From Paraspadella gotoi (taxonomy: Eukaryota > Animalia > Chaetognatha): DNA of 49,204 nt. Each line of letters begins with the position of its first letter. The stretch's first letter is position 1. A program made the position numbers and the translations under genes. The notes beneath the pieces were generated by a model that worked only from the letters and a program-made list of their open reading frames with translations, had not been told where the DNA came from and did no database searches. The stretch lies in contig CM119268.1 in the NCBI GenBank assembly GCA_051294375.1, positions 1,412,082-1,461,285 of the forward strand, given 5' to 3'. Positions 26,753 to 37,922 of this stretch are shown here, one piece after another.

Positions 26753-28176
26753 NNNNNNNNNNNNNNNNNNNNNNNNNATCAGCATCTCATTTTCATTTGC
26801 ATTTTCAACGTCAGTTTTTATTTGGGGGGGGGGATGGGCTGAAAGAAATTCTCCTATTCCGCAATTTGTCTTTCGATAAGTTCCATCGTGGCCTCCCGAA
26901 AAAACTCCAGGTGTCCGCCAGTTCGTTTATTTTTCTTCATAGTTGGTTCCTTCTCCTCAGAAGCATACTTCATCCAAAGTGAGTGGTGAAACCGCGCTAT
27001 ATACTCGCTTACCTCCGACGCTCTGCACTGCCCCGCGCACCTGCCCCTCGCACTTTTGAACCCCCCCCCCCCCGCACCGCCCTGCACCTGCCCGCCACCT
27101 GCCCCGCACCATCCATCCCTCCAAACCCCGCGACACGGCCCCGGCGTCAAAACTCGCTCGAACGACACGCAGCGAGATTCAGGACCCAAAGATTGTTTGT
27201 TCAACATTGGCGGAGGGAGAGAGATGAGAAGAGAGGAGAGAGGACACGGAGAGAGAGAAGAGAAGAGAGACCGGTGAGAGAGAGAGGAGAGAATGAGAGG
27301 GAGAGTGAGCTGAGAGAGAGAGGGAGACAAAGGAGATTTTCTGCCTCACCTTAACACCGTCGGTGGGGAGAGGGAACGAGGGGAGGAAGGGGACGAGATG
27401 AGAGAGAGATGATGAGAAGAGAGAGATCGAGAGAGATGAGACAGACATGGAGAGAGAGATGTAAAAAAAGTAATTAAAGTCAACCGAGAGGGATAAAGAG
27501 AGAGAATAGGACAGAAAAATAAGCGAAAAGTCTTGATGAACTTGAAAAGAAAAGAAATTGAGGAAAAAAAGGGGAGGGGGAATAAGGGAAAAAAGTTAGA
27601 GATAAAAAATGAAAAGGAAGGAAAAAAAATGAAAAAAAAAAATGAAAAAATTGAAATACTACGGAGAAAGAATAAAAAAATGAAAGGAAGAGAAAAAAGA
27701 AATAAGAAGAAGAGAGGAGAAGCAGAGAAGAAAGAGGAGAGAGAGAAAAGAAGCAGAAACAGCTGCAAAGGATATTTGCAATCGAAACATCTCCGAAACG
27801 TCATAGAAAAAGCGGAAAAAAAAAACAAAAAAAAAAAAAAAAATTGATTGAGCAATGGAAAAAAATCGTAGAAAAGAAAAGAATAAAGAAGAAAAAAAAA
27901 GAAAAAGAAAGAAAAAAGAAAGAAAAGAAAAGAAAAGAAAAAAGAAAAGAAATAGAAAAAAGAAAGGGAAAAAGAAAAGAAACAAGAACGAGGAAAATGG
28001 AAAAGAAAAGAAAGGAAAAGAAAAAAGAGAGGAAAGAAAAAAAAAGAGAAAAAAAGAAAAGAAAAGATGAGAAGAGAAGAGAAGAGAACTGAGAAGAGAA
28101 AGAAGGAAGAGAAGAGAATGAGAAAGAAAATGAAAAGAAAAGAAAAGAAAGAAAAGCAGACACTTTTGCCATATTA
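25280..28176 (+). repeat. Apparently exact tandem duplication, 25280-26678 / 26778-28176 (offset 1498)
   Basis: The same ORF set recurs offset by 1498. Each copy starts right after a 25-N gap. Confidence 0.95.
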
Positions 28177-28246
28177 ACATAAAATTAGCTGGCGAAGTTT
28201 ATCCTTCAGCAGATCATACTTGTCGTCTCTCTCTCTCTCTCCTCTC

Positions 28247-28303
<57 letters not shown>

Positions 28304-28911
28304 CTCATCCTCTCTCTCTCTCTCTTCTCTCTCTCATCCTCTCTTCTCTCTTCTCTCTTCTCTCTCTCTGCTCTCTCTCTCACGAAACCCATCGCATTGC
28401 TCTTCCCCATCGGTTCTCCATTTTAATCTTGTATCCTCCTTCCTAACCTTCATTAGAACAAATTAATCAAACGCTTCTTTTTAAAAAGAAAAACATTAAG
28501 CATTCATTTATGATTATTGATTTGGTTAGTCTTGTATCTTAGTATATATTAATCAAGGGCATATATCGAAACCTAGAAAATAAAATAAGCTCTCATACCA
28601 TTTATCGCAACCACACTCCTAGAGAGAGATTAATACATAGCGAAACCACCCTAGCGAAGTAAAGGGAGTGAGCGCCGACTCTTTGCCGAGCGGTTACAGC
28701 TGGCGCTAATGGGTCCCATTCGATCAAAACCCGACTCTATCGCTCGCCTTCCCACCCTCTCTCTCTTCATACTCCCCCCCGACCCCCTTATGGAACCAAA
28801 CGTTAGACCAGAAGTGGAATCTCCAAATAAGGAACCATTTCTGAAGCCATTGGATTCCGGAAACCCACTTTTATTGGTTTCGGTCTTCAGGGTGAAGAGT
28901 CTCGATCCTAT

Positions 28912-28922
28912 CTTTCTTTCTC

Positions 28923-29012
<90 letters not shown>
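28912..29012. repeat. (TTTC)n microsatellite
   Basis: Read directly. Confidence 0.95.
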
Positions 29013-29014
<2 letters not shown>

Positions 29015-29736
29015 ACTCCCTTTTTTCTCTCTTTCTTTCATTTTCCCTTTTTCTCCTTTCTTTCTTTCTTTCTCTATTCTCTCTATCTTTCTCTCTTGTC
29101 TTCTCTCTCTCTCTTTTTATTTCTTTCTGTCTCTCTTTCTCTCAGTCTGGATCTCAAAAAAATACGTCCTTTACGGAAGCCACGCAATAACTCTCCCTCT
29201 TCTCCACTTACTACATACATACATCTACTACGAAATGTTTAATATTTCTTTCACAAGTGAACATCTTGTCACAATCTCTTTCTCTCTTCAAATTTGCTCC
29301 CTGATATCTCGTATTGCACCGTGATATTCCGTCGCGTTATCTCTTTTCTTTCGCTTTCACGCATTTTGTTTGANNNNNNNNNNNNNNNNNNNNNNNNNGA
29401 GAGAAATAAAAAATGTCAGTTTCTCCTTCTTATCATACGCCTCATTTTTTTTCTTTTTTTTTTTTTTTGGGTAATTTTTTTTGGCGGGGGGGCCGTCTGT
29501 TCCTTCCTCTTCATTTTTATAGTTAAACACTTTTTTTTTTCAGTTCCGTTAAAAAATGGAGGAGATTTCGGATGAATCGAAATAAGAGGAATCCAATTCA
29601 CATAATTTATAAATTAAATTTCTATTCAACTATTTTTCCTTTTCCTTTTTCCCAATTTACTCTCTTCTTCTTTCCCCCCCCTCCCCCCGCCCCCCCCCCC
29701 TGGCTTTCCTTCCATTCTTCTCTTATCTCTCTTCTT

Positions 29737-30760
29737 TCAAATCGGGGCTACCGGGTTAATCACGGGTTTTCGGCCTTTGTTCATTTGTCTGTGACGAGCG
29801 CCTTTTTGTCTGAAAATGTCACAGGCGCTCCGAAGGGCCTTCTCCTGCCCTTCCGCCCTCCCTCTTTCCTTTCCTCTTTTCCTAACCTCCTCGACGCTAA
29901 CCTCTTCGTCACTAACCTCCACTTCGCTAACCTCCTCGGGCTTTTTCTTCCGTGAAACATCAAAGCTTCTTGCTTCAGACCCGAGACTCTCGGCCCGAGA
30001 GATTTTCTCTCGCTGCTTCTCGAAGCTTTGCAGGTTTCACTGCCATTGCAAACCAAGTCGTAATTCCGAGATGTACACTCCTGGGCAACAAAAAAGAGGT
30101 CACATTTAAGTCCTAAATTGCGCAAAATATTTTATGCACTTAAAATAAAAAATAATACAAATTAAATGTAGATTTTTAATAAAGGAATCAATAAATGTAA
30201 GTCAAAAGGAAATTGGTTCAGACATTCTTTTAGACGAGTTGTTAAAAAAAAAATTATAAAAAAATTATTATTAAAAATTTAAAAAAAAACTGAAACTTTT
30301 TATTTTAATTTATGGGCGTTATATTCATGTCTTAAAAAAGAAGAATCCAGAAGTTAAAATAAAATTGAATTTATGATTCAAATGCTATGATTCTCTAAAT
30401 ACAAGCGGTTAAAAACACGTCGATTACTCTGTTCAAGTAGTAAGTTTTAAAAAAATATTGTTTACAACAAAATAGCTAATTTTTAAAAAAAATTGTACTA
30501 ATAGTTTTTTTTTTATAAATATTATTAACTTATAATATCTTTTATAATAAAAAACCTAATATAATTTATTTGCATAAAGTTTTAGGGCGGCCTTCTTTTT
30601 GCACACGACTGTACTCTCTTTTCTGTACCAGGAATTTTCCTCAGTCAAAACTTTCTCTCCTTTTTCATTCGGAAGAATTTCATTTCATATCTTCATGTCT
30701 TCCAATTTTTTGTCTTTTTTGAAATTATATACTCGTCTTGTCACAAAATACATTCTTGTT
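29737..30760 (-). pseudogene. Decayed ORF of unknown family interrupted by the MITE at 30076-30611
   Basis: Removing the MITE and one TA gives a continuous frame: MYFVTRRVYNFKKDKKLEDMKI*NEILPNEKGEKVLTEENSWYRKES|TSRNYDLVCNGSETCKASRSS... A shifted acidic frame follows (KKPEEVSEVEVSDEEVSVEEVRKRG). Confidence 0.35.
30076..30611. mobile_element. Tc1/mariner-like MITE with TA TSD
   Basis: TA|cactcctgggcaa... and ...ttgcacacgactg|TA. The first 13 nt of the two ends match at 10/13. The interior is AT-rich and non-coding. Confidence 0.6.
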
Positions 30761-32175
30761 TCTTGTTACAAATCTTGAGCTACTGTTCATCTTCCCATTC
30801 TATCATGGAGCGCTATTTCTTTTTTACATTTCCTTGAGTGTGTTTTTTTTAGAGATCAAAGAAATGGGTCGAGATATTTGTGTGTTAGTTTCAGTGTGAT
30901 TGGGTGTCCGGTTATGATCATAGCTTGTCCTTTCCTTATTACTATGTAAAGTTGAAAATCGCATATTTTTATGCAAGTGCGAAGTACAATAAAGTATTCA
31001 CCTATCTAATTATTAAGGGAGTGGTCGTTTTATACAAAACATACCACTTCATTGATAAGTCAGGCCCTCTGGGAGATAGAGAGAGCGTCTTGATTGAAAG
31101 CTTGCATCGTTATTAGGGGAGGGAAGATAACTCATTTATTTAATGAATGAATATTTTTTTTTATTGAACGAACCAATTTTATCCAACGAGTTGATCCTTT
31201 CTTTCATTGAGACTCCTTTTCAACTTCACTCTTTTATTTTCTTATATTTTTTTTTTCATCTTTTATTTTTCAAAAAACTTTTAGGTTTTTTTCTCGCGTC
31301 GGCGGCTTTTTTCCTGTTTATATGTTGTTGTTTTTTTTTTTCTCTTCGAGCCACATATTCGGAGGGGAGGTGTCGCCCTACTTCACGCGGGTGGCGCCAT
31401 AATTTGTGAAACTCGGGTCTGGTTGGCGCCCGTTCTTTAGTAAGTATGGAGGGGGGAGAGTTGGTTCGAGAAAATGCGCCCATAGTTTAACGTGAGTCGT
31501 CTGGAGCCATACTTGGTTGCAGTAGCACCGTTTTGCCGACGATGGCGCCATATTTTATGGAATCGGCACCAAATTTAGAAAAAGGGGCGGAGGTTTCTCA
31601 GATTTTGCACGTAGTTGCAGTGAATAGCGCCGACGGACGCACGTCTTAGGAATTTTCGNNNNNNNNNNNNNNNNNNNNNNNNNNNNNNNNNNNNNNNNNN
31701 NNNNNNNNNNNNNNNNNNNNNNNNNNNNNNNNNNNNNNNNNNNNNNNNNNNNNNNNNNNNNNNNNNNNNNNNNNNNNNNNNNNNNNNNNNNNNNNNNNNN
31801 NNNNNNNNNNNNNNNNNNNNNNNNNNNNNNNNNNNNNNNNNNNNNNNNNNNNNNNNNNNNNNNNNNNNNNNNNNNNNNNNNNNNNNNNNNNNNNNNNNNN
31901 NNNNNNNNNNNNNNNNNNNNNNNNNNNNNNNNNNNNNNNNNNNNNNNNNNNNNNNNNNNNNNNNNNNNNNNNNNNNNNNNNNNNNNNNNNNNNNNNNNNN
32001 NNNNNNNNNNNNNNNNNNNNNNNNNNNNNNNNNNNNNNNNNNNNNNNNNNNNNNNNNNNNNNNNNNNNNNNNNNNNNNNNNNNNNNNNNNNNNNNNNNNN
32101 NNNNNNNNNNNNNNNNNNNNNNTCGTCTTTCTACCCCTCTCTCCTCTCCTCTCTCTCTCCCTCTCCCCCTCTCTT

Positions 32176-32207
<32 letters not shown>

Positions 32208-32726
32208 CAACCCCTTCACGAGGTTTCAAATTGAAGCAAAGCCGCCCGCCCGACCGTACTTCTTGGTCAAATGAAAAGCCTTGATGTGAAGAGGGAGGGA
32301 TAGAGGAGGAGGAAGAGGAAGAGGAGGAAGAAGAAGAAGAGATAAGGTCGGAACACGGAAACGGAGGTAGGGGGGGACGAAACAATGGGCTTGACTGATG
32401 GAGGGCGGGTCGCGATCGGCCGTGCTTGACCGCGCCGAAACCCCGTTGGTCCCTTTTTTGATAGAGATAGAGACGGGAGAATGGGAGATAGAGATAGAGA
32501 TGAGAGCGTAGTGAAAGTTACATCCGAAAATTATATATGTCAATTATGAACAACATACCATCAGTGAACATTAATTTGTAAAAAAAAAATAATTTTATGT
32601 TCTTCAATTTTCGCAGTAGGCTATATTTATATTTATATTTATAAAATCGAAAAATTTCAAAATTGGCTTTTCTTAATTTTGATTGCAGATTTGAATTCCT
32701 CGTCAAAAGTTGATAAAAGAAAATAT

Positions 32727-32916
32727 TGAAGAGACAGTAATTATTGTTATGAGTTAGTGATAGAACCGTTCAATATAAGCAGTCCCTGAGCTTCGGATCA
32801 GGCTGTAACACCATGTTACAGGCGGGTTAAGCGCCCCGTCCCTCTTAACTGCCAGACGACCACCGGGCTAGCACCAATGGCCGCGGATGAACGGTTAGTG
32901 GGTTTTAGTCCACCAT
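32727..32916 (-). mobile_element. ~190-bp structured insert carrying a twister ribozyme (candidate retrozyme-like element)
   Basis: GC-richer segment absent from the homologous MITE arm (rc of ~45770-45820). Flanked by aatat at 32722-32726 and 32917-32921. Confidence 0.55.
32779..32852 (-). ncRNA. Twister self-cleaving ribozyme, type P5 permutation, minimal P1
   Basis: Minus strand reads GCAGUU AAG AGG GA CGG GGCGCU UAA CCC GC CUGUAACA UGG UGUUACAG CCUGA UCCGAAGC UCAGG GACUGC. It has P5 (6 bp), P3 (8 bp), P4 (5 bp), loop UCCGAAGC, T1 CCG/CGG, T2 GC/GC, catalytic GA and UAA. Predicted cut is between 32829 and 32828. Confidence 0.82.
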
Positions 32917-33115
32917 AATATAAATCATTTTTAATAAAATTCATTCAATAAGTGGGTTAAAAATTAAAAAAAATATATTTAAAATATAAAATTTAAATTT
33001 TCAGTTTAAAATATAATTGTTTTTATATTTGATCAACTTAATGAAAGAATTTTTAAAAAAGAGTTATATTTCTTTATATCAACTTTTCATGACTAATCCA
33101 AATCTGCAAAAAAAA

Positions 33116-33199
33116 ACTTACAAAAAACTATTTTGAAATTTTAACATTCATTGGATTAGTCCAATAAATGTTAAAATTTCAAAATAGTTTTTTGTAAGT
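33116..33199. repeat. Near-perfect 84-bp hairpin (40-bp arms, 1 mismatch, loop ttag)
   Basis: acttacaaaaaactattttgaaattttaacattcattgga-ttag-tccaataaatgttaaaatttcaaaatagttttttgtaagt. Confidence 0.92.
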
Positions 33200-33611
33200 A
33201 CTGGTATAAATATGGCCTACTGCATAAATTGTAAAATTTATGTTAAGATTTTTTTATACAAAAATGTTCATTAGTATAATGTTGTTCGTTCCTCACTTTT
33301 AGAATATTAATTAAAGTTAAATTTAGAATTTTTACTACGCTTTAATAGAGATGTTGAATGATTGGGAATGGGAATGAACGATTGAATAAATGAATAAATG
33401 AATGAATGAACGAATAAATGAATGAATTAACGAATAAATGAATGAGACAACCTATGCATGAATAAACGAAAGTATGCATAACGAATCAAGGGTTTTAACT
33501 CGTCGCCGATGGTGCCCGAGAAGCGAGCAGTGAATATGGAAATGTTTGGATGGAACCAAAAGGAACGAGAGGGAGGAATCGATCCTATCCTCCCTTTACT
33601 CCCCCCCTGTC

Positions 33612-33792
33612 CCCTTTTCCACTACCCTTTCTGTTTTCCTCTCCCTTTTCTGTTTTTCTACTACCCTTTCTGTTTTCCTCTCCCCTTTTTGTTTTCCTCT
33701 ACCCTTTCTGTTTTCCTCTACCCTTTCTGTTTTCCTCTACCCTTTCTGTTTTCCTCTCCCCTTTCTGTTTTCCTCTCCCCTTTCTGTTTTTC
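33612..33792 (+). repeat. 19-bp minisatellite (ctaccctttctgttttcct)
   Basis: About 9 units. Confidence 0.9.
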
Positions 33793-34334
33793 ATCCTTAT
33801 TCAAGAACACCAGAGGGGACTCTGGCTGAAAGAAGATTCAAACAGAAAAACAGAGACGCGACGCGACGAAGTATAGACTTTTCGGTTGAGTCCTTGAAAA
33901 GGAAATCCAGGAGTTATTTTTTGGTCGGTTGTCTGGTTATCTGAATTCAGATTTTAAATACAAATAACTTATATGAAATTAAATTAATTTAATAAATATT
34001 TGGTAGCAATGTATAAAAGTAATTGTAATATTTTTTATAAATTTTATTTTATTTTTTTATTTTATTTCTTCAGAAAATAAACAATATTTCCAGACGGTAT
34101 CAATTTTTGGGGCAGAGTGAATCCGAATTTTTACAGATCCATCGGATCGGAGGTAAGGGCTAAAATAACCGGCGGATGGAAGCCCTTCCGATCATTGGCC
34201 GGCGCCATTTGTTGTCTCGACCAATGAAAATGTTCCATTCTGGTTCCGACGGATTTTACGCGAGTCGTCGATCCGATTTCGATTCTTGAGTTTTTATTTC
34301 TCTGCGATGGACACATGATCATCTAAAATTATCA

Positions 34335-34393
34335 ATATTATTATAATTATTAATATTATTAATATTATTATTATTATTATTATNNNNNNNNNN

Positions 34394-34426
<33 letters not shown>

Positions 34427-34696
34427 GTATCGGCGGTGGCGAGCGTCGCCGTCGGGGAAGACGGCTCAACGTCCGACGATTGGGAATGAAAATATCTTTG
34501 TTCAAGTTTCCCAAATTCGCGATCGGGAGTCGAGACGATGGATAATTGAAGAAGAGGGAAAAAGGGTTGGCCGAGGCAATCTGAGTTATTTTAGATAACG
34601 TTTGATTTGGAATTTTTTTAACTACGATAAATAAACAACTTTTGAAACCTCGAACGTCGCCATTTGTAAAATAAGTCTGAAAGCAAAGGCAACTTA

Positions 34697-34729
<33 letters not shown>

Positions 34730-34754
34730 TTTATTTTCAATATTATTATTATTA

Positions 34755-34846
<92 letters not shown>
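34335..34846. repeat. (ATT)n microsatellites at ~34335-34426 and ~34700-34846
   Basis: Read directly. Confidence 0.95.
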
Positions 34847-34847
<1 letters not shown>

Positions 34848-35179
34848 TTTATACGAATTTAAGAATTCACTGATATATTCACTGATATAAAACGAGAAGG
34901 AAGAAAGATTTTGGGTTTTTTTTTGGGTGTAATTAGTCGAAACCAGAAAATTAGGCCCCAAATTCCGACGAACACGCGGAAAAAAATATTAAAAGGAAAA
35001 GGAAATAAAAAAAAGAATGACAATAGATTGGATAGAGATTGGATAGAGAAAAGAAAGGAAAGGAAAGAAAAACATAAAAAAAAGTCGGGGGGAAAAAAAT
35101 AGTAGAAAGATAAAAATAAAAAATGATTGAGACGAGAGGCAGAAAGAAAAGAAGGCCTAAGTGAGAAAGACGATAAGAG

Positions 35180-35226
<47 letters not shown>

Positions 35227-35324
35227 AGAGAGAGAAAGCCAGCGATCCGAAGGGCAATCATCATTTATTTTTCTTTTCTTTCTTATGGTTTTCGCCGCCA
35301 CCATTTTCAATTTCCATCCCCCAG

Positions 35325-35521
35325 CCTTCCCCCTTGCCCTTTCACTCTACCCCGTCCTTCCCCTCAACTCCACCCCCGCCTGCCCCTTGCCCTCACATCC
35401 ACCCCCGCCTTGCCCCCTTCGCCTCACTCCACCCCCGCCTCCCCCTTGCCCTCACTCCACCCCGCCTGCCCCTTGCCCTTCACTCCACCCCCGTCCTCCC
35501 CCTTGCCCTCACCACCCCCGC
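35325..35521 (+). repeat. 28-bp C-rich minisatellite (ctccacccccgcctgccccttgccctca); G-quadruplex-prone on the minus strand
   Basis: About 7 units running into a gap. Confidence 0.85.
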
Positions 35522-36586
35522 NNNNNNNNNNNNNNNNNNNNNNNNNNNNNNNNNNNNNNNNNNNNNNNNNNNNNNNNNNNNNNNNNNNNNNNNNNNNNNN
35601 NNNNNNNNNNNNNNNNNNNNNNNNNNNNNNNNNNNNNNNNNNNNNNNNNNNNNNNNNNNNNNNNNNNNNNNNNNNNNNNNNNNNNNNNNNNNNNNNNNNN
35701 NNNATTTTTTTCCTTTTTCCTCCGTCTTTTTTTTCCTTTTTCCTCCATCATTTTTTCCTTTTTCCTCCATCATTTTTTCCTTTTTTCTTTTTCCTCCATC
35801 ATTTTTTCCCTTTATATTTTTCCTTTTTTCTTCATAATTGTTGGGGAGAGGAGAGGAAAGAAAAGGAAAATAATGAAGAGGAAAAGAAAAGAAAGGAAAG
35901 GAAAAAAAAGGGAAGGAAAGAAAAGGAGAGGAAAGGAAAGGAAAGGAGAAAAAAGGAATGGAAAGGAGAGAAAAGGAAAGGAATGAAAAAGAAAAGAAAG
36001 GAGAGGAGAGGACAAGAAAGGAGAAAAATAGAAAGGAAAGAAGAGGAAAGGATAGGATAGGAAAGGAAAAGAAAGGAGAGGAAAGGAAAGAAAAGGAAAG
36101 GAAATGAGAGGAACGGAAAGGAAATGGGAGGAAAGAAAAGGAAAGGAAAGGAAACAGCTAAAAAAAGAAAAAATGGAACTAATGGAAAAAATGGAACAAA
36201 TGGAAAAAAATGGAAATAAACTGAATGCGACGTGAGATTAAAAAAAAGGGAAAAAGATTGGCGTTCGAACAAAAGGTGTAGAGGGGGACCGGGGGGGGGT
36301 TAGGTGGCGCTGGAACAAAGAAGTCGACGGCGGGAATCAGGAAGAGGGAAAAAGAAACGAGTGAGAGCGAGAGAAGAAAGAGTGAGAGCGAGAGAAGAAA
36401 GAGTGAGAGCGAGAGAGATGGAGAACAAGAAAACTGATAGTAAACTGGTAATTTTAAAGTAGCGACGTAAAATGTAAGTTGTTTGAAAATCGATAAAATG
36501 AGATCTAGCGACTGGGTAGAGATTTATACTATACAGCGAACTTTTTAATTTTAAAAGCGTTAAATACAGTGTGTCTCAAAGTCTCC

Positions 36587-36633
36587 CACCAGTCTCTTCG
36601 GAGGCGTGGGTTCGAATCCCACCACTGCCACCA
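36587..36633 (+). pseudogene. 3' half of tRNA-Leu (NAG-type) with terminal CCA
   Basis: cACCAG (anticodon-stem 3' strand), TCTCTTCGGAGGC (variable arm), GTGGG-TTCGAAT-CCCAC (T arm), CACTGCC-A, then CCA. No D arm or anticodon upstream. Confidence 0.85.
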
Positions 36634-37639
36634 CATTTAAGTAAGTAGACAGAGATTTCAACATGAAACCAAAAGTGGTTTTTATTCTCAGAAAAGTCAC
36701 AAGCAAAGACGGTGTCCAGAATTTGAGACAGAATGGATTCAATTCAAAATGTTCAGGTATTTTATACTCTACAATCGGAACATAGACACGGGTTCGTTTT
36801 CCCGATGTCATGAAGCCCGTCTTCTCATTGGTTCGATTCCGACGATGATTCATCCAATCAGAGTCCTCGATAGATTTCACGGATTTCACGGATCCGATTT
36901 CACTCTTGGTTCCGATTCCATCTGCGATGGAACTCTCGTTTAAGAAAAGCTCACTGCATCTAAACAAGATCGAAAAACTTTAATTTACTATAATCAATAT
37001 GTGCACAAGTATGTGTTTTTATAATAATTTATTGAAGAAATAGCAACCATTTTGCTCTGGCTTAATGATTCAATCAAATAAAAAATTTAAATATCAAATT
37101 AATTAGTATATTTTTAACAACTTTTACATTTTTTTAAATATTTGTTTATTTCTTTATATTTATGCACTTATTTTATACGAATTAAAATTTAAATAATTTA
37201 TATCTATTTAAAAATTTTTTTTCATAATTTTTTTTTTTTAATTTATTTTAAAATAAAAAAAATATCTAAAAATTGTGAGAAATGAGGAATCATTTAAATT
37301 AAATGTTCTGCAAAGAAAAATTGATAAAAATTGAATTCGAAATATAGTATCATAAATGGTAAGAACTTATATTTGACATTGTTATCTTAGAAATAATATT
37401 TAATAACACAGTTCCGCACAATATGTAAAAGTTAACCGACAGTACCATTGGTACTCACTGTATTTACAGTAATGTACAAGCCCAAACCTGACGGAAGCCA
37501 TCGGACGATGTCAAAAATTGTAAGCGAAGAAGGAAGTGGAAACGAAAATAAGAAATTAAGTCGGAGATAATTATTGACTGACTTAAAATCTCTTTTTTTT
37601 ACGAGAGANNNNNNNNNNNNNNNNNNNNNNNNNGAGAGA

Positions 37640-37670
<31 letters not shown>

Positions 37671-37829
37671 CAGAGAGAGTTAGGAGGAGAGAGAGAATAG
37701 AAGAGAGAGATGAGGTAGAAAGAATTATCTTCTCAAACGCTTTAAAAAACACGGGAAAATTTAAAAAAGAAAACAAACGAAAGATATATTTTACATCCTC
37801 TGCTGTTTCCATTATACTGCAGGAGAGAA

Positions 37830-37868
37830 TCTAAAATAAGACGTAGGAGAGAGAGAGAAGAGACAGAG

Positions 37869-37922
<54 letters not shown>

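Larger units (their letters stand above)
16500..28230. repeat. Mosaic of direct and inverted copies of one ~3-kb locus
   Basis: 16500-17530 matches rc 19260-20230. 17550-18010 matches 20263-20670 and rc 23415-23890. The block with catttc repeats, G-run and gcacctgccccgc occurs at ~18300, 21040, 22300 (rc), 25280 and 26778. Confidence 0.9.
32505..33341. mobile_element. Long-TIR fold-back MITE family, copy 1 (agcgtagtgaaa...tttactacgct)
   Basis: 32505-32640 mirrors ~33200-33341. The same family occurs at 45520-45983 and 48122-49007. Superfamily unresolved. Confidence 0.7.

Noticed and set aside
28675-28740. tRNA/SINE head (ttgccgagcggtta...cattcgatc)
   Set aside because: Only the A box is plausible. 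The B box and cloverleaf fail. The same applies to ~3375-3400.
31340-31660. Cluster of ggcgcc words as a defined element
   Set aside because: It is too degenerate and truncated by a large gap to define a unit or ends.
36587-36633. Functional tRNA gene or LTR retrotransposon PBS
   Set aside because: The 5' half is missing, and there is no adjacent LTR end, gag or pol.
36560-36967. 135-aa minus-strand ORF
   Set aside because: Its VVAVVGFEPTPPKRLV segment is just the antisense of the tRNA fragment, and there is no other coding evidence.
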